DNA of 61,848 bases, filler included, from Hausera hauseri (Eukaryota), in assembly GCA_046269625.1 (NCBI GenBank). It is 12 parts of 12 records of this genome, joined end to end, with 100 filler letters (N's around TTAATTAATTAA, not from the genome) between each part and the next. Parts side by side here need not be neighbours in the genome. Positions count along the whole stretch, not along the records: positions 28,874 to 37,714 come from JBJURY010524347.1; positions 37,815 to 43,190 come from JBJURY010267731.1; positions 43,291 to 47,359 come from JBJURY010782091.1; positions 47,460 to 51,700 come from JBJURY010680662.1; 8 more parts are not named here. One strand, 5' to 3'. The notes beneath the pieces were generated by a model, which was given only the letters and a program-made list of their open reading frames with translations, searched no databases and was not told where the DNA came from. Position 1 is the stretch's first letter; each line of letters begins with the position of its first letter. Of the stretch, positions 36,046 through 47,702 are shown one piece after another. A program made the translations under genes and the position numbers.

Positions 36046-37587
36046 GAGTAGCGGACAAAAGTTTGTGAATATTTTGAGTATTTGTTCTGTTTTTTTCTGG
36101 AGTGACCCAACCACACAAAAATCATTTTAATTAGAAAACAACATAATTAATACAACAAAATGGTAGAATTCCAGTAACTTTAAGTTTGAAAAATTTTTAG
36201 TTTTATTGAAAACAGTAACGACAAAAGTTTGTAACATTTTAAAAAGAATTACAAACGAAAAATAAAAAAATTGATCCTGGTATCAAACAAGACGCCCGTA
36301 AACAAATTTAGATTTAGTATTTCGTTGGATAGCTATTCGACTTGATGGCTGCTTCACGTCTTCGAGGCATTGAGTCGACCAAAGTGTCAAGAATTGCTAT
36401 AAAGATCTCCGACCATTTTTCAGCAAGATTACATTTTTCGGTTGCATTGGCCGATTTTATACCCTTGCACATCCTCTGGAGAGTTTCCCACAAGTACTCA
36501 ATTGGGTTGATGTCCGGACTCTGACTTGCCACTCCATTAAATCGATGCTATTCTGTCGGAACCAAGAAGTCACAAGTCTTGCTCGATGTTTTGGATCATT
36601 ATCCCGCGGGTATACGAAGTTTAGAGGCATAATTTGTTGAATGAGGCAAAACATGATTTTGTATGATATCCAAATACACATGCTGATCCATTATACCAGT
36701 AATATGTTTGTGCGGAATCAGACGATGTGATGAAAAAGCTTCCCAAACAAGCACAGAGCCTTCTCCATGCTTTACAGTTGGCTTTAAGTATCGAGTATCG
36801 TTTCATTTGTTTACTGGGCATCTCACGCACCTGATACAGTCTGATCCGAACAAGCAAAATTTACTTTATCTCTAAAAAGACAATCCTGCCATTGTTGTCT
36901 TGTCCATCCCACATGCTCCTCTGCAAATATCAAACGCATCTTGCGGTTTTTTGCCGAAATGAATGGTTTTCGACAATGGCGTCGTCCAAACAGCTTAGAA
37001 TTGTTCAAACGTCGCTGCACTATTGGGAAACTGATGTTTTGGCGGACGCTTTGTGGCAGTTCGTTGTTAGTATCAACTGCTGTTTTAGAAGGATCCTGTT
37101 TTGAGAGCTAAACAACTCGACTGCCATCTGTAACGATGGTTTTCTTTGGGGACCCTTTGCGACATTTGACGTCAATTGATCAAGTCTTCTTGAATTTGGC
37201 CAAAATTTTTGACACAGCGCCTTGTGACACGCCAAGAAATGTAGAAATCTAAACTTGCGTCTTTCCTTGGACATTCATAAAAACAATCGCGTTTCGGATG
37301 TCACTGGGTACCTCTTTCACTTTACCCATATCTAGAAACAAAATCATTTAAATATAAAAAAGAATGCAAAGGAAAAAAGACGGAATGAACAAGTTATTTT
37401 TATTCTGTAACGAAGAATTAAAATATTTCAATCCTTAAAAATTTGCAAAGTTAAAGTTATTGGAATTCTACCATTTTGTTCTATTAATGTTATTTTTTAA
37501 CTACAAATGATTTTGGTGTCGCTGGATCACTCCCACAAAAATTTAGAAAAAAGAATTCAAAATATTCCAAACTTTTGTCCGCAACTG
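36046..37587 (-). mobile_element. Full-length degenerate Tc1-like DNA transposon (about 1.54 kb) with long TIRs and TA target duplication
   Basis: Left end TA|GAGTAGCGGACAAAAGTTTG; right end reverse-complements to TA|CAGTTGCGGACAAAAGTTTGG. Inverted similarity extends about 150 bp and includes AAATGGTAGAATTCCA.TAACTTTAA. Confidence 0.93.
36314..37329 (-). pseudogene. Tc1 DD34E transposase, frameshifted
   Basis: MGKVKEV start; RKPFISAKNRKMRLIFAEEHVGWT; FRDKVNF (cf. FSDESKF); RDNDPKH; SPDINPIEYLW; LVDSMPRR...SYPTKY*. Confidence 0.92.
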
Positions 37588-38182
37588 TAGTTACATGGAA
37601 GTTATAGCAGAAGTTAAGTAGAATATTTCCAAACAAAAATCAATATTGTAGTTTGAAGTATCAGCATTTTATTTTTCAAAAAGTTGCTATGTATTTTGAC
37701 ATTAATGCTTATTTNNNNNNNNNNNNNNNNNNNNNNNNNNNNNNNNNNNNNNNNNNNNTTAATTAATTAANNNNNNNNNNNNNNNNNNNNNNNNNNNNNN
37801 NNNNNNNNNNNNNNGTTTTATAGAGATTGGTTCATGCGAGACATTGAGACTATGTGATATACATGAAGTCACGTTTTACGTCAAGGATCATGTTGATGGG
37901 CGAAAGATATTTAACAGTACATTTCCAGATGTACATATGTGGCAAATTTGTAGATATACCAAAGAACATTACATGTATTTATCGTGAACATGGTTCACAT
38001 TGTGCTTATAAAAAGTGTTTATCGTTATGTCAAAGTTATGTTGCTATGAAATAAATGTATAAAAATAGTTGGCTTGATATGCGAGAAAAAAATACAGTAA
38101 AACAAAACTCACCCTTGAATCACTGTTAGTCGATTTCTGTGCCAGGCCAGAGATCATGTATGGTCATTGTTAGACACCCTAC

Positions 38183-38372
38183 TCATGACACGTATAAACA
38201 CTGATCTGCATCCTGCACAATGACATATTCACATTTTGTCCTGCATATTTCACAGGATATTTTGCGACAGCCATTTCTGAAGGCATTCCACACAAAAACT
38301 GTCACAAGTTGCCATTCTTGCATTGTTGCCATTTATTTCTTCCAGGCATATTGCACATGTTTTATCCACACT
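38183..38372 (-). pseudogene. Small RING-finger module relic downstream of PolB
   Basis: KTCAICLEEI...ATCDSFCVECLQKWLSQN, a frameshift, then SCEICR. This fits a C3HC4-type RING pattern with the His lost. Confidence 0.7.
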
Positions 38373-38639
38373 GATTTTTGAAATAATAGCAGATTAGTGC
38401 AAGTAAATGACGCACCGCATTGATTTTTTAAATTTGAATTTCAAATCTATTGATTTACTGATTAATGTATTTACTTATATACTTCTACTTGGTCTATATA
38501 GTATTTAATTAGTTTTACTTGGCCTTATCCTATATTCCATATTACTTAATCAAGAAGGTAACAAGATATTTTAAAACAAGATTCATTGTTATAATAAAAA
38601 AACACGTCGTAACATTATAATACACTATATACACTAATA

Positions 38640-41600
38640 CGCAGCGTTACTGTTTCGATGTTATGAGCCCTAGATTGGATCTGCGCATCTCTGATATGAT
38701 GTGAGTCTGCTTCTGTAGAACTCTCATAATCAGGGAAGCAAATCTTCTTGGCCAAGGTAGCCCTTTGAACACCCTTGGCTCTCTGATCTGGCTACATACA
38801 TCAAAGGCGTACATTTTGCTCCGCAGTGCCACAAATCGCGAGATGATTGCACCATTCACTTCGTCTTTGAATTTCCCAAGGACCTTCTTGTTCATGATTG
38901 AATAGTTCGGATGTTCCTTCGGATAGTCAGACATAGCCATATGCTGCGCCAATCAAGAGAAGTCGGCAAAGACGTCCGCCGTATGGATCTGATAGGTGAA
39001 GCTATCAGTATCCATGTACATCAGCTGCATAGACTGGAATGTGGGGACCATGATGTCAGAGGAAATGATACAGAAGGGTCTTTGACAGGTCTAGTATTGA
39101 CATACCCACATATATTGGCTTGTTGAACTCAAGCGATGTTTTCAGCGATGGATGCTGACCAAGTTCTCCGTATATATAGTGTTGCTGTGGACGTTGGGCT
39201 TGGCAATGAACTTCATTGCCCGCTTCCATTCACACACCAACTCGATGTTAATCCTGTTGCGTATGTTCTCCATCGTCTTACCAAAAACGCTGTTGTTATA
39301 CAGTTTAAATTGATCCTTTTCGAAGTCATTTTTGGCATTGGCCGTATAGTGCGTAACGAAATCTATTTAAGGTTTCAGGCACATGGACTGCCTGAACTAC
39401 AGGGAGAGATGGATCTTTGTGATGCGGAGTCCATTTCTAATAGCCTGCTAAAGATTGATGTAGTGGACTACATACCTCTCTCTATTATCATGTTGCGGAA
39501 GCTTGCTCTCAAAAAGGAAAGGCAGCTGTTCATGCCTTAAGTGGATGCTATATGGACATGCAACGTCCACCTCCAGTATGTAGCCCGTATCTCCATTGGG
39601 ATTTACATCTTGTATTGCCATGTCTTGCGGATTATCCACCCATTTAAAGTCATCATAAGGAAATGGGGCGCTCATTGCCCATCCATATAGGTTGTTGGAA
39701 TCCAGGTATGTCATATACCAGGATGCCTTTGCCGGGTCGTATTCGGCTATATGCCGAATGGCCTCGCTATACCGGTAAATTACCTGGCACATTCCGCCTC
39801 TAATGCCGCTCTCGATCATGAGAATCATGTAATAATCCTTTATGATCTGCAGCCTAATACCGGTATATCGCAGCATTGCTGCCCAATTTATTTCTGGAAC
39901 TGTAAAGAAATAAGCCGGATCCAGCTTATGGCTCTTCAGCGTGACATCCCGGAAGTTTTCAAAGACATCTGTCAGCAGTAGCACATATATATGGAAATAT
40001 GTCACTGTATTCTCCTAATGTTCTAAATTTGAATGCTTCCCAGACGCTTTGTGCATGTTTGTAATCCGCATCGCTGATATGACTGTCTGAGATATGACTG
40101 TAAAAGTCCTTCTTGGTCGGGAGTGCTTCTTCATCCAATGATTCCTATGATGTGATGTAATCATAGGGAAACATTCCTTTCCTCTTGACCAAGTCAAACG
40201 TAGTACCAAAGAACCGCTTCGTCTCCCTGAATTCTGCTGGGAGGATCTTCATTAAGCTGTCAAGTGAAGAGGACATAAAGCGGAAGCTGTTACGAAGCGA
40301 AGTCAAACTTTTCCGACATGCTTCGTAAAGGTGACATACTTCTCCTCACTATTGCGAATCAAATCAATATTCCTCTCAATGTTGCCTAGTTCTCTCACTG
40401 AAGTGGGAATCATATCCATTGAGGTTGTGGAATATTACAGGAACAAAGGTTACTGTTCTGCAACGTAAAAGACAATTGTTGCACGCCGTGCCTCGATGTG
40501 CCTGTAAAATGACAGTGATACCTCACTGCGATTCTCCGCTGTGAAGAATTGATTGCACAAGTAGTATTTTGTTGCCTTGCGCCATTCGTCTTGCTTCTTC
40601 AACATGCTCATTGCATACTTATGTTGCTGCAACATGCCTTCAATCCTATGAGCAATGTCTTACAATCGCTTCATGAAATGTGCTACTGCATTGGGGTCCC
40701 TGAATAGAAATGGGTCCTTGTCCAGTCCTTTTGTATACATGCAATATGACGATAGTTCGTGATATTAGTATGCCGTTGTGCTGCTGTGTTGTGGATTGGG
40801 GTTGCAACTGTAAACTGGATACAAGATTGCTTCAAAGTCACAATAGATGACTATTGCAACCTTAACCATCTTCCCGAACTCCTTAAATTCGATATAGTCC
40901 TCCTTGGGAAATCCTGGCCTGATACAATAATTGTTGTTGCAGTACATCTTGTGCTCTACAAGCTTCAATACTGCTACATCGGCGCCGAAATGGGAGAAGC
41001 ATCTTTTACATGGTGTTTCATAATTTGGGATCTGACTAGAAGCTCAAAGTCTAGTCCAAACGAAATGTTTCTTTTCTCCATAGTCTAGTAGGAGCAGATC
41101 CCTATGATCTGCCAATTCCGCATCGCATACTTGCAGCGGATAGAATTTTCACTCCTCGTCCAATCCAAAGATGTTGATGGACATGTTGATTCGTCCAAAT
41201 TTTGTGACGTCATGTAAGGATGTGGGCATGTGATACATTGGAAGTCACTATTGTGTTGTACATCTTTATAGACAAACTCGTGAATAATGTTTTTGATCCC
41301 ATACGAGTTTAAATAGAATGAAGCTCTTGTTGTCGCTATTATAAACATTGACACCTGATTTTTTATTAACGATCCATTCAGGGAGCTGAATATAGGAAGT
41401 GCCCCGCATTGGGGAGTACTTTTGCACATGCAGAAGCAATCTCTTGACGGTTACTAGAGTCTAGCCGCTCTTCTCATCCTGGCTCTCCTCAGCCTCGTGT
41501 ATCATCTTCGCGTGCTCCTCATGCAGCTATTCTGAAATATTGGTTGTTTCCAATATTGGCTTATTTTTGGTCTTGAAGGCCCTTTTGGATTCTTCCCCAT

Positions 41601-42120
41601 CAACATTGGTAATTGTGGCTTCCAACTTCAAGTTCACATTAAGGGTTCTTTGATCTGTTGCAGCAATAACATATATGCGGATTTTGCTCTTCAATGCTGC
41701 AGTATCAACTGGCCACTGTCTTTGACTTTTGGATGGAGAATCTGAAATATCTGCTGCTGCTACACGTTTTAATCCTGTATCTAGAACTGGCTCTACTGCT
41801 GGAACTAGCTTTGCTGCTGCTGCACCTGGAACTGGCTGGGCTGCTACAACTGGCTTATTCTGCTTACTAAAGATGGCCTTCTTGGACTTTGATTTGAAAT
41901 CTGTCAAATGGGCATTATGATCTCCGTAAAACTGCATGTAATCTCCATCATATACAGTCTCACATCCTGGACAAATATAATACTGGATCCTTTTGAATTT
42001 GTACCAATAGTAGCTCCTTATGGTATTATGACAGTTCTGAGGATTGTGTATTGCACTCGTGCAATACACGTATGAATTGAAACTTTGAATTTTCTTAGGT
42101 ATGAAAGTCATTATTGGCAT
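38640..42120 (-). mobile_element. Near-complete degenerate Polinton/Maverick-type protein-primed PolB gene
   Basis: N-terminal CPGC..H..H; FKTKN; SYIQLPEWIVNKK; IVIYCDFEAIL; FHNLNGYDSH; SFRFMSSSLDSL; LLTDVFENFR; SGIRGG; YLDSNNLYGWAMS; NNSVFGKTMEN; YMDTDS; VLGKFKDE; LRSKMY. Confidence 0.93.
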
Positions 42121-42629
42121 ATTCGCATTGAATATGTTTTTTCGACTTGGTGAAGGAAATCAGTTGTTGTTTATGGACATTGTAAAAGTCCTCTTAATTG
42201 GTTTGGTACACTACTCACATGTAGGGTATATATAATAATCAGTCCTATTGTAAAGATGACTGAAATATTTCTTCATAACATCGTGGCAATTTTCAGGCTC
42301 ACGAATTTGAGTCAAGCATTCTTTGTATAGTTTGCAAATCTAAAAAATCAATTATTTTGAGAAGCACAAGTAAAAAAACTCACCATTCTTCGAAATGATT
42401 TTTAAAATAATGAAATATATAGCCATGTCAACGCACACTGCTTCGTTTATTAATTTTTTTAATTCAAATTTTGAATTTATTCATTGTATGAATTTTCGTT
42501 AATTTTCGAGCATTCTAGAACAACTTGTTTTAATGCATCAAATAAATTAAATGCATGGCGCCACGTTTGAAATTTAAAAACCCAGTGGATACATTACATA
42601 ATTCGAATAATTTAGGCTTGATAGATTTT

Positions 42630-43081
42630 TCAAGTTCAAATCGATAATTATTCGATTTAGAATAATGGATTCGAATATCTGACATCGAATTCGGATTCTC
42701 CATATATGATTTCCTATCTGTCTGCGCTTAAAGATTTATCTATTTTAGTGTGCTTCACCTTCTATTTCACCTTTTAATATTTCACAATGAAAACAAACAA
42801 GCACTGTTGAATTACATATTTATTATATAATTTTATCTTGTGATTAAACCTGGTTTTAATTCACAGCGGTGCACTGCACCGCTTGGATTTCGATTTGTTT
42901 ATAAGTTTTCGCACATGGGGAATCGAATGACTTCATCAGATTCTTCGAATAAATTATTCTTGACCGAGCTTTCAAGTTCGAATATCGAAATTATCATTTC
43001 AAATAAAGTATTCGAATATGTGACACCGCATTCGGATTCGCCATATATGGGTTCCTATCTGAGTGCGCTTAAAGATTTGTC
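42630..43081. repeat. Diverged direct duplication of about 110 bp (about 42630-42740 and 42971-43081) upstream of PolB
   Basis: Both copies read TTCAAGTTC...TTCGAATAT.TGACA.CG.ATTCGGATTC.CCATATATG..TTCCTATCTG..TGCGCTTAAAGATTT.TC. Confidence 0.85.
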
Positions 43082-43419
43082 GATTTCCTTTTCAGCGAGC
43101 TTAAAATGCACATTTTTGCTTAATTAGATTTATTGATTTTATACCTATATAGCACATTACCATGGAATAATTTTAGTGCACCTAGAGGTANNNNNNNNNN
43201 NNNNNNNNNNNNNNNNNNNNNNNNNNNNNNNNNNTTAATTAATTAANNNNNNNNNNNNNNNNNNNNNNNNNNNNNNNNNNNNNNNNNNNNAGTAATTATT
43301 ATACTTGATGTAAAAAAAAAACATCAGCATATATCCTACAAAGGCTGATGCATATGATCTATTAAACCCTGTATACCATGTTTGTTTTCTTAACCTGTTA
43401 TATTCTCTTTTAAGAGAGC

Positions 43420-43863
43420 ATGAGGAACAGAATGCAGACGCTATTCTACATCCTGACCACGGCGGCTATCCATATCTACTGGACCAACGCTAACACAACC
43501 CCCAATAAATACGTGGTGACCACCAAAGATGGAGATATCATTCTCTGTCACTGCGAAGAAGAAATATACAACGATCAGCGAATTCAGGAGATTTGAGACA
43601 CACCTTGTGGATAAGCGTGTAAGATTAAAGAAATAAAAGGTAGAGGGGAAGATAAATAAATCAGTGTTACCTACAGAGCATACAGATTCTCTAGCACCTC
43701 TGGGGCAGCATTACCTGGGTCATGTGACTGGAACACTGTACTAACAACCCAACAAAGAGACCAATTGAACGAGTGGGAAAAGTCCATTACCCACAACTAT
43801 TGTAGGATCACCAGAAAACAGGGCCGCATCACAACCTACCGATTCAAGAAAGTAGAACTCTGA
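43420..43863 (+). pseudogene. Possible broken small secreted-protein ORF
   Basis: Acceptor-like TTCTCTTTTAAG, then MRNRMQTLFYILTTAAIHIYWTNA (signal-like) and a Cys-containing continuation broken by stops and frameshifts. Confidence 0.3.
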
Positions 43864-43927
43864 AAAAGGACTGAAGTAAAGAAAGAAGATTATAGAATGT
43901 GGGAAACTAGATCGCAAGAAAGACACC

Positions 43928-45064
43928 ATGCAAGAGCAACAGACCAAAGGACAGATAACGACGGAACCTTCGGTAACCTGCTGTTATTGTCATCAAGGGT
44001 TGGATGATTCCCATTATCTATGGGCTGTTGGATCGTCCTGGTGGTGTCAACGCTGTCATTCCAACGTGGTAGCCGCGGCTGCGGTACACGGCATTCTGAT
44101 ACCGAGCGAACCCGACAGCATCCCCCAAGCGCCTGTAGACGCCTGCTGGGAAATGGAACACACCTGTAAAGTTATCTGGAGCTCAGCCTGGGAGTCTGAA
44201 CCCTGCATTCCGTTGGGACCTATCCCAGCGCAGGCTGTGTATGCCCCGATCATCGTAAAGCTCTGGGAAAACTTTGAAGGTGACACCAGGTTCGTGACCT
44301 TCCAGCTGCTCACGGGGCTGCTAGTACACCAAAGCCCCCCACTTCAGGTTGGGCAGGATTCCCAGGAACTCCTGCCCCCACAATGGCCAGCAGCACTAGA
44401 CAAGAGTCTAACGGCCATACCTTATGTAGTTCCAGTACCAGCTATGACCGCCATTAAAGGCAGACGAGCCAGTATTAATATCCTTACGGCACCAGCCGTC
44501 ACAATTGCCAACCACCCCCAGGGTACAGCCACCAACTCGCCCAACCCCTCACCAGCAGCGTCCCAACCTGAAAACGAGCCCATGGAAATAGGGGTGGCCA
44601 CTCCAAAACCACCCGAACTGCCCTTAGAGAGTCCTGACTTAGGCTTTTTAGAGCGCTACCTTAACGAAATCTTAAATAATGAAGCGGCCAGTTCCGAAGG
44701 CACAGTCCCCTCTGACCCAGCTACCCCAGCTGACGCAGGACCCCCGATCCTTAAACCAGAGAAGCCATATGACCAGGGTTTTGAACCCATTACCCCAGTG
44801 GCGTCTCCCATGAATGAAGGAATCCCAACACCATATGCCATTGAGTCAGCTGAACAGCCACCTCAGCCTACTATCAAGCCTCGACAGGTCCAGGCGCCCC
44901 AGAAGCTGATGGCCTCAGAGAGGGCCCAAATGGAGGAGTTCACCCCAAGCACTGATCTGAACGACATGACGGTGGTGGACTCTTGGGAAGACGATCAGGG
45001 CTTTGGGGACAACGACATCAAGGATCCCCAGTCACACCCTGACCTCGGGATCGAGCTTGACTAA
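43928..45064 (+). CDS. Intact 378-aa ORF with an N-terminal CxxC...CxxC, a Pro-rich middle and an acidic C-terminus; probable retroelement accessory gene
   Basis: ATG in ACCATG context; CCYCH..H......WWCQRCH; long open frame with higher GC than the flanks; ends about 80 nt before a polypurine tract. Confidence 0.75.
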   Translation: MQEQQTKGQITTEPSVTCCYCHQGLDDSHYLWAVGSSWWCQRCHSNVVAAAAVHGILIPSEPDSIPQAPVDACWEMEHTCKVIWSSAWESEPCIPLGPIPAQAVYAPIIVKLWENFEGDTRFVTFQLLTGLLVHQSPPLQVGQDSQELLPPQWPAALDKSLTAIPYVVPVPAMTAIKGRRASINILTAPAVTIANHPQGTATNSPNPSPAASQPENEPMEIGVATPKPPELPLESPDLGFLERYLNEILNNEAASSEGTVPSDPATPADAGPPILKPEKPYDQGFEPITPVASPMNEGIPTPYAIESAEQPPQPTIKPRQVQAPQKLMASERAQMEEFTPSTDLNDMTVVDSWEDDQGFGDNDIKDPQSHPDLGIELD

Positions 45065-45145
45065 ATCAACAGCGTGCGGGCCAGGACATGGTCAATCTTA
45101 AAGTCTGGTACGAGCCATGGCTTGTGGTCGGTAAGCTCTGATTTC

Positions 45146-47196
45146 AAGAAGGGGGTGTTGGAAAACCGGCCCCCCAGGTGGTGTTAACATGAGGTGCCAG
45201 TTTTTACAGAAATGAAATCAGACCAGGTTCACCCCCACTGCTGATGTGATGGCTGAAGACTCCTGCATGATGATGTTTAATCCGTTGAATTGTTACTTGC
45301 AAAGCCATGTCCATGTAATCAGTTTGTGCTAAAGGACAAATATCTTATAACCAATGAAACACTTAATCAAAAAATGTGATTTACAAGTAATTGATAAGAA
45401 TGTCTTAATCATAACATAATGTTCTGATGGCTGATTTTCTATGATAATATTGTGAGAGTATGTTAATCCCAATGATGTTTTATCTCTGATAATCATGTAT
45501 GATCTACTTATTATGTGAAGAGGGGAAGATGAAGAAACACAGCAAGCCTGAACACAAGCAGATCACGCAGGAAGGCCCAAAATAGCCACATACACAGACG
45601 ATCAAACATGCAGCATTAAGTAAAAACAGACAGAGATCATATCCCAAACTGAAGTAAAGTGTAATAATTTACAGCAAATGATATGAAGTTATTTGTTAAC
45701 AGTTTGTAATGTTTTGAACTTATGCTGTGATGATTTATGTGAGTTTAACTTGTTTTTAAAGTGAGGAGTGTAGAATGAAAAGAACAGCTTGACATCTGGG
45801 CAGCTCTGAGCAGAAAAACAGGAACTGGCTCGGCTCCTTCACACGTAGCGCTGAGCAAAAAGCAGGAACCAGAGCCTAAAAAGAGGAAATCAGAAGGTAC
45901 CGAAGAAGCCCAAAAGCTGGTAAACAGCTCCAAAAAAGGGAAGTTAAGCTGAGTCACACCACTCTCTGGAAAGTCCCAGAGAGTCCAGTTATGAAGTCAA
46001 CAAGTACCATGTTATTAGGAAAAAGCTGATATCATTTTCCGAGTAAAACCCACCCAGCCGGGAGGGATTTACAGTAAAATGAGACCACATGTTTTAATAA
46101 AGAAATAGGATTGGTTAAAGAACCATAGGGTGACCAAAAGACCACCCCTAAAGGGAGTGAGGGTCTATAAAACCCCACTGAACTGATAGAACAGTACCAA
46201 GTTTCAACCAAGTATCTCCGGGTTTTACCTCGAGTGGACCAGCCGCAGCCAGGGCTTCGAGACTGGTCGAGCAGACAGGACTACAAGCAGCAGTTTTTTG
46301 GAGTTTGAGGAGCCCTAAAAAGAAGATCCGGCTTATAGCTGAGGTCCGAGACAAGATGGGGTTATAGTTCTTTCCTCGTCGAGCAGTGACAGAAGCTGTT
46401 CCGTCTTCCAACTTGGTCAGGGCAGAGTCCAAAGCCTCGAACGTCCAGATTGGGTAACTGCTAGCTTTGGGAAAGGCCTATACCTCCCTCCTGGGGGATA
46501 GGAGATTTGCCTCTTGCCTGTGAAGGAATTCTTTATGGATCACCTAATTTTATGGTAAGGGGACTTTTCCATCCGTCTGCTCTAAATAAAGTATTTAGTA
46601 AAATTAGAATAACAGCGTACAGAATAATATTAAGAGAGTTAAACTAGGTGTTAGGGAGTTCTGCTCAGGGATGTTTCAGGATGGTAAGGTTGTTGAGAGA
46701 AAACATCTATTGGCTTGAGCTGTGAGAGGTCAGGGCGGCTGCTGTGACCACAGAGCCCTAAGGGAGCTTAGGGACCCATCTCCTCACCTCGTTTGAAAGT
46801 GTATCTCATGTAATCCAAATATTGTAATCGGTGTAAAAGATTTGCTTGTCGCTGTTCCCCTGCAAAATTATTGATTAAAGCAAAACAAAACGTATAAATC
46901 TGGACTATTATTTCATCTTATAAAGCACACATGGTGAAGCTTGGTTCTGACTTAACAACAAGTGAATTAGGAGGTTTTTAAAGGTTTCCTAGCCCGAGAG
47001 TGTAAAACAACACCCCTGAGTCCAACACCTGGACTCTAAAAACAGCCAGATCGAGTACCAATTGCAATGCTAAATTAGGAGATGAGCAACCGTGAACGTG
47101 TGTTTCTTCGTGAGGAGACGTTCTTGACCCTGCTGCTTGGGAGACGGACCACGGAGTGAAATTTGGGTGTGACGCACGGAAAGGAGGTTGTTAACA
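45146..47196 (+). mobile_element. Putative polypurine tract and long (about 2 kb) 3' LTR
   Basis: AAGAAGGGGG (45146-45155) is immediately followed by TGTTGG; TATAAAA at about 46166; candidate end TTAACA at 47196. No second LTR is present in the contig to confirm this. Confidence 0.5.
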
Positions 47197-47573
47197 GTCT
47201 GGGTGAATCACCTCAACACAGCCTTAGTGAGACTGTCCTAGGAGGCTGCAGGTAACACCCCAGTTCCAGGATTAGCTCTTAGACCCCTTGGAGGAGAAGG
47301 CTGCAGTGAGGGCGTGTCACGTGTCCAGTGGCTACCTCGCTGATCGGGAAGCAAAACATNNNNNNNNNNNNNNNNNNNNNNNNNNNNNNNNNNNNNNNNN
47401 NNNTTAATTAATTAANNNNNNNNNNNNNNNNNNNNNNNNNNNNNNNNNNNNNNNNNNNNTATGTGATAATATAACTAATACATGCAGCGGAATAAACAGA
47501 ATGTACATAATTAAATATCAAATTCACAGCAAGAAACCTCAATCAATTAGCAACGTCCAAAAATTTAGTTAAT

Positions 47574-47660
47574 GGATATTTCCATTAATTGATTATGTCC
47601 ATTAATTGGCAAAGTTGGATATTTCCATTTATTGGTTATGTCCATTAATTGGTAATGTTA
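47574..47660. repeat. About 43-bp tandem duplication downstream of the DEDDh-like ORF
   Basis: GGATATTTCCATT.ATTG.TTATGTCCATTAATTGG occurs twice in tandem; it may be LTR or UTR sequence. Confidence 0.7.
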
Positions 47661-47702
47661 ATCAATACGAGGGGGTCTTTAAGAGAGTTGCCCCAAACTC
47701 TA

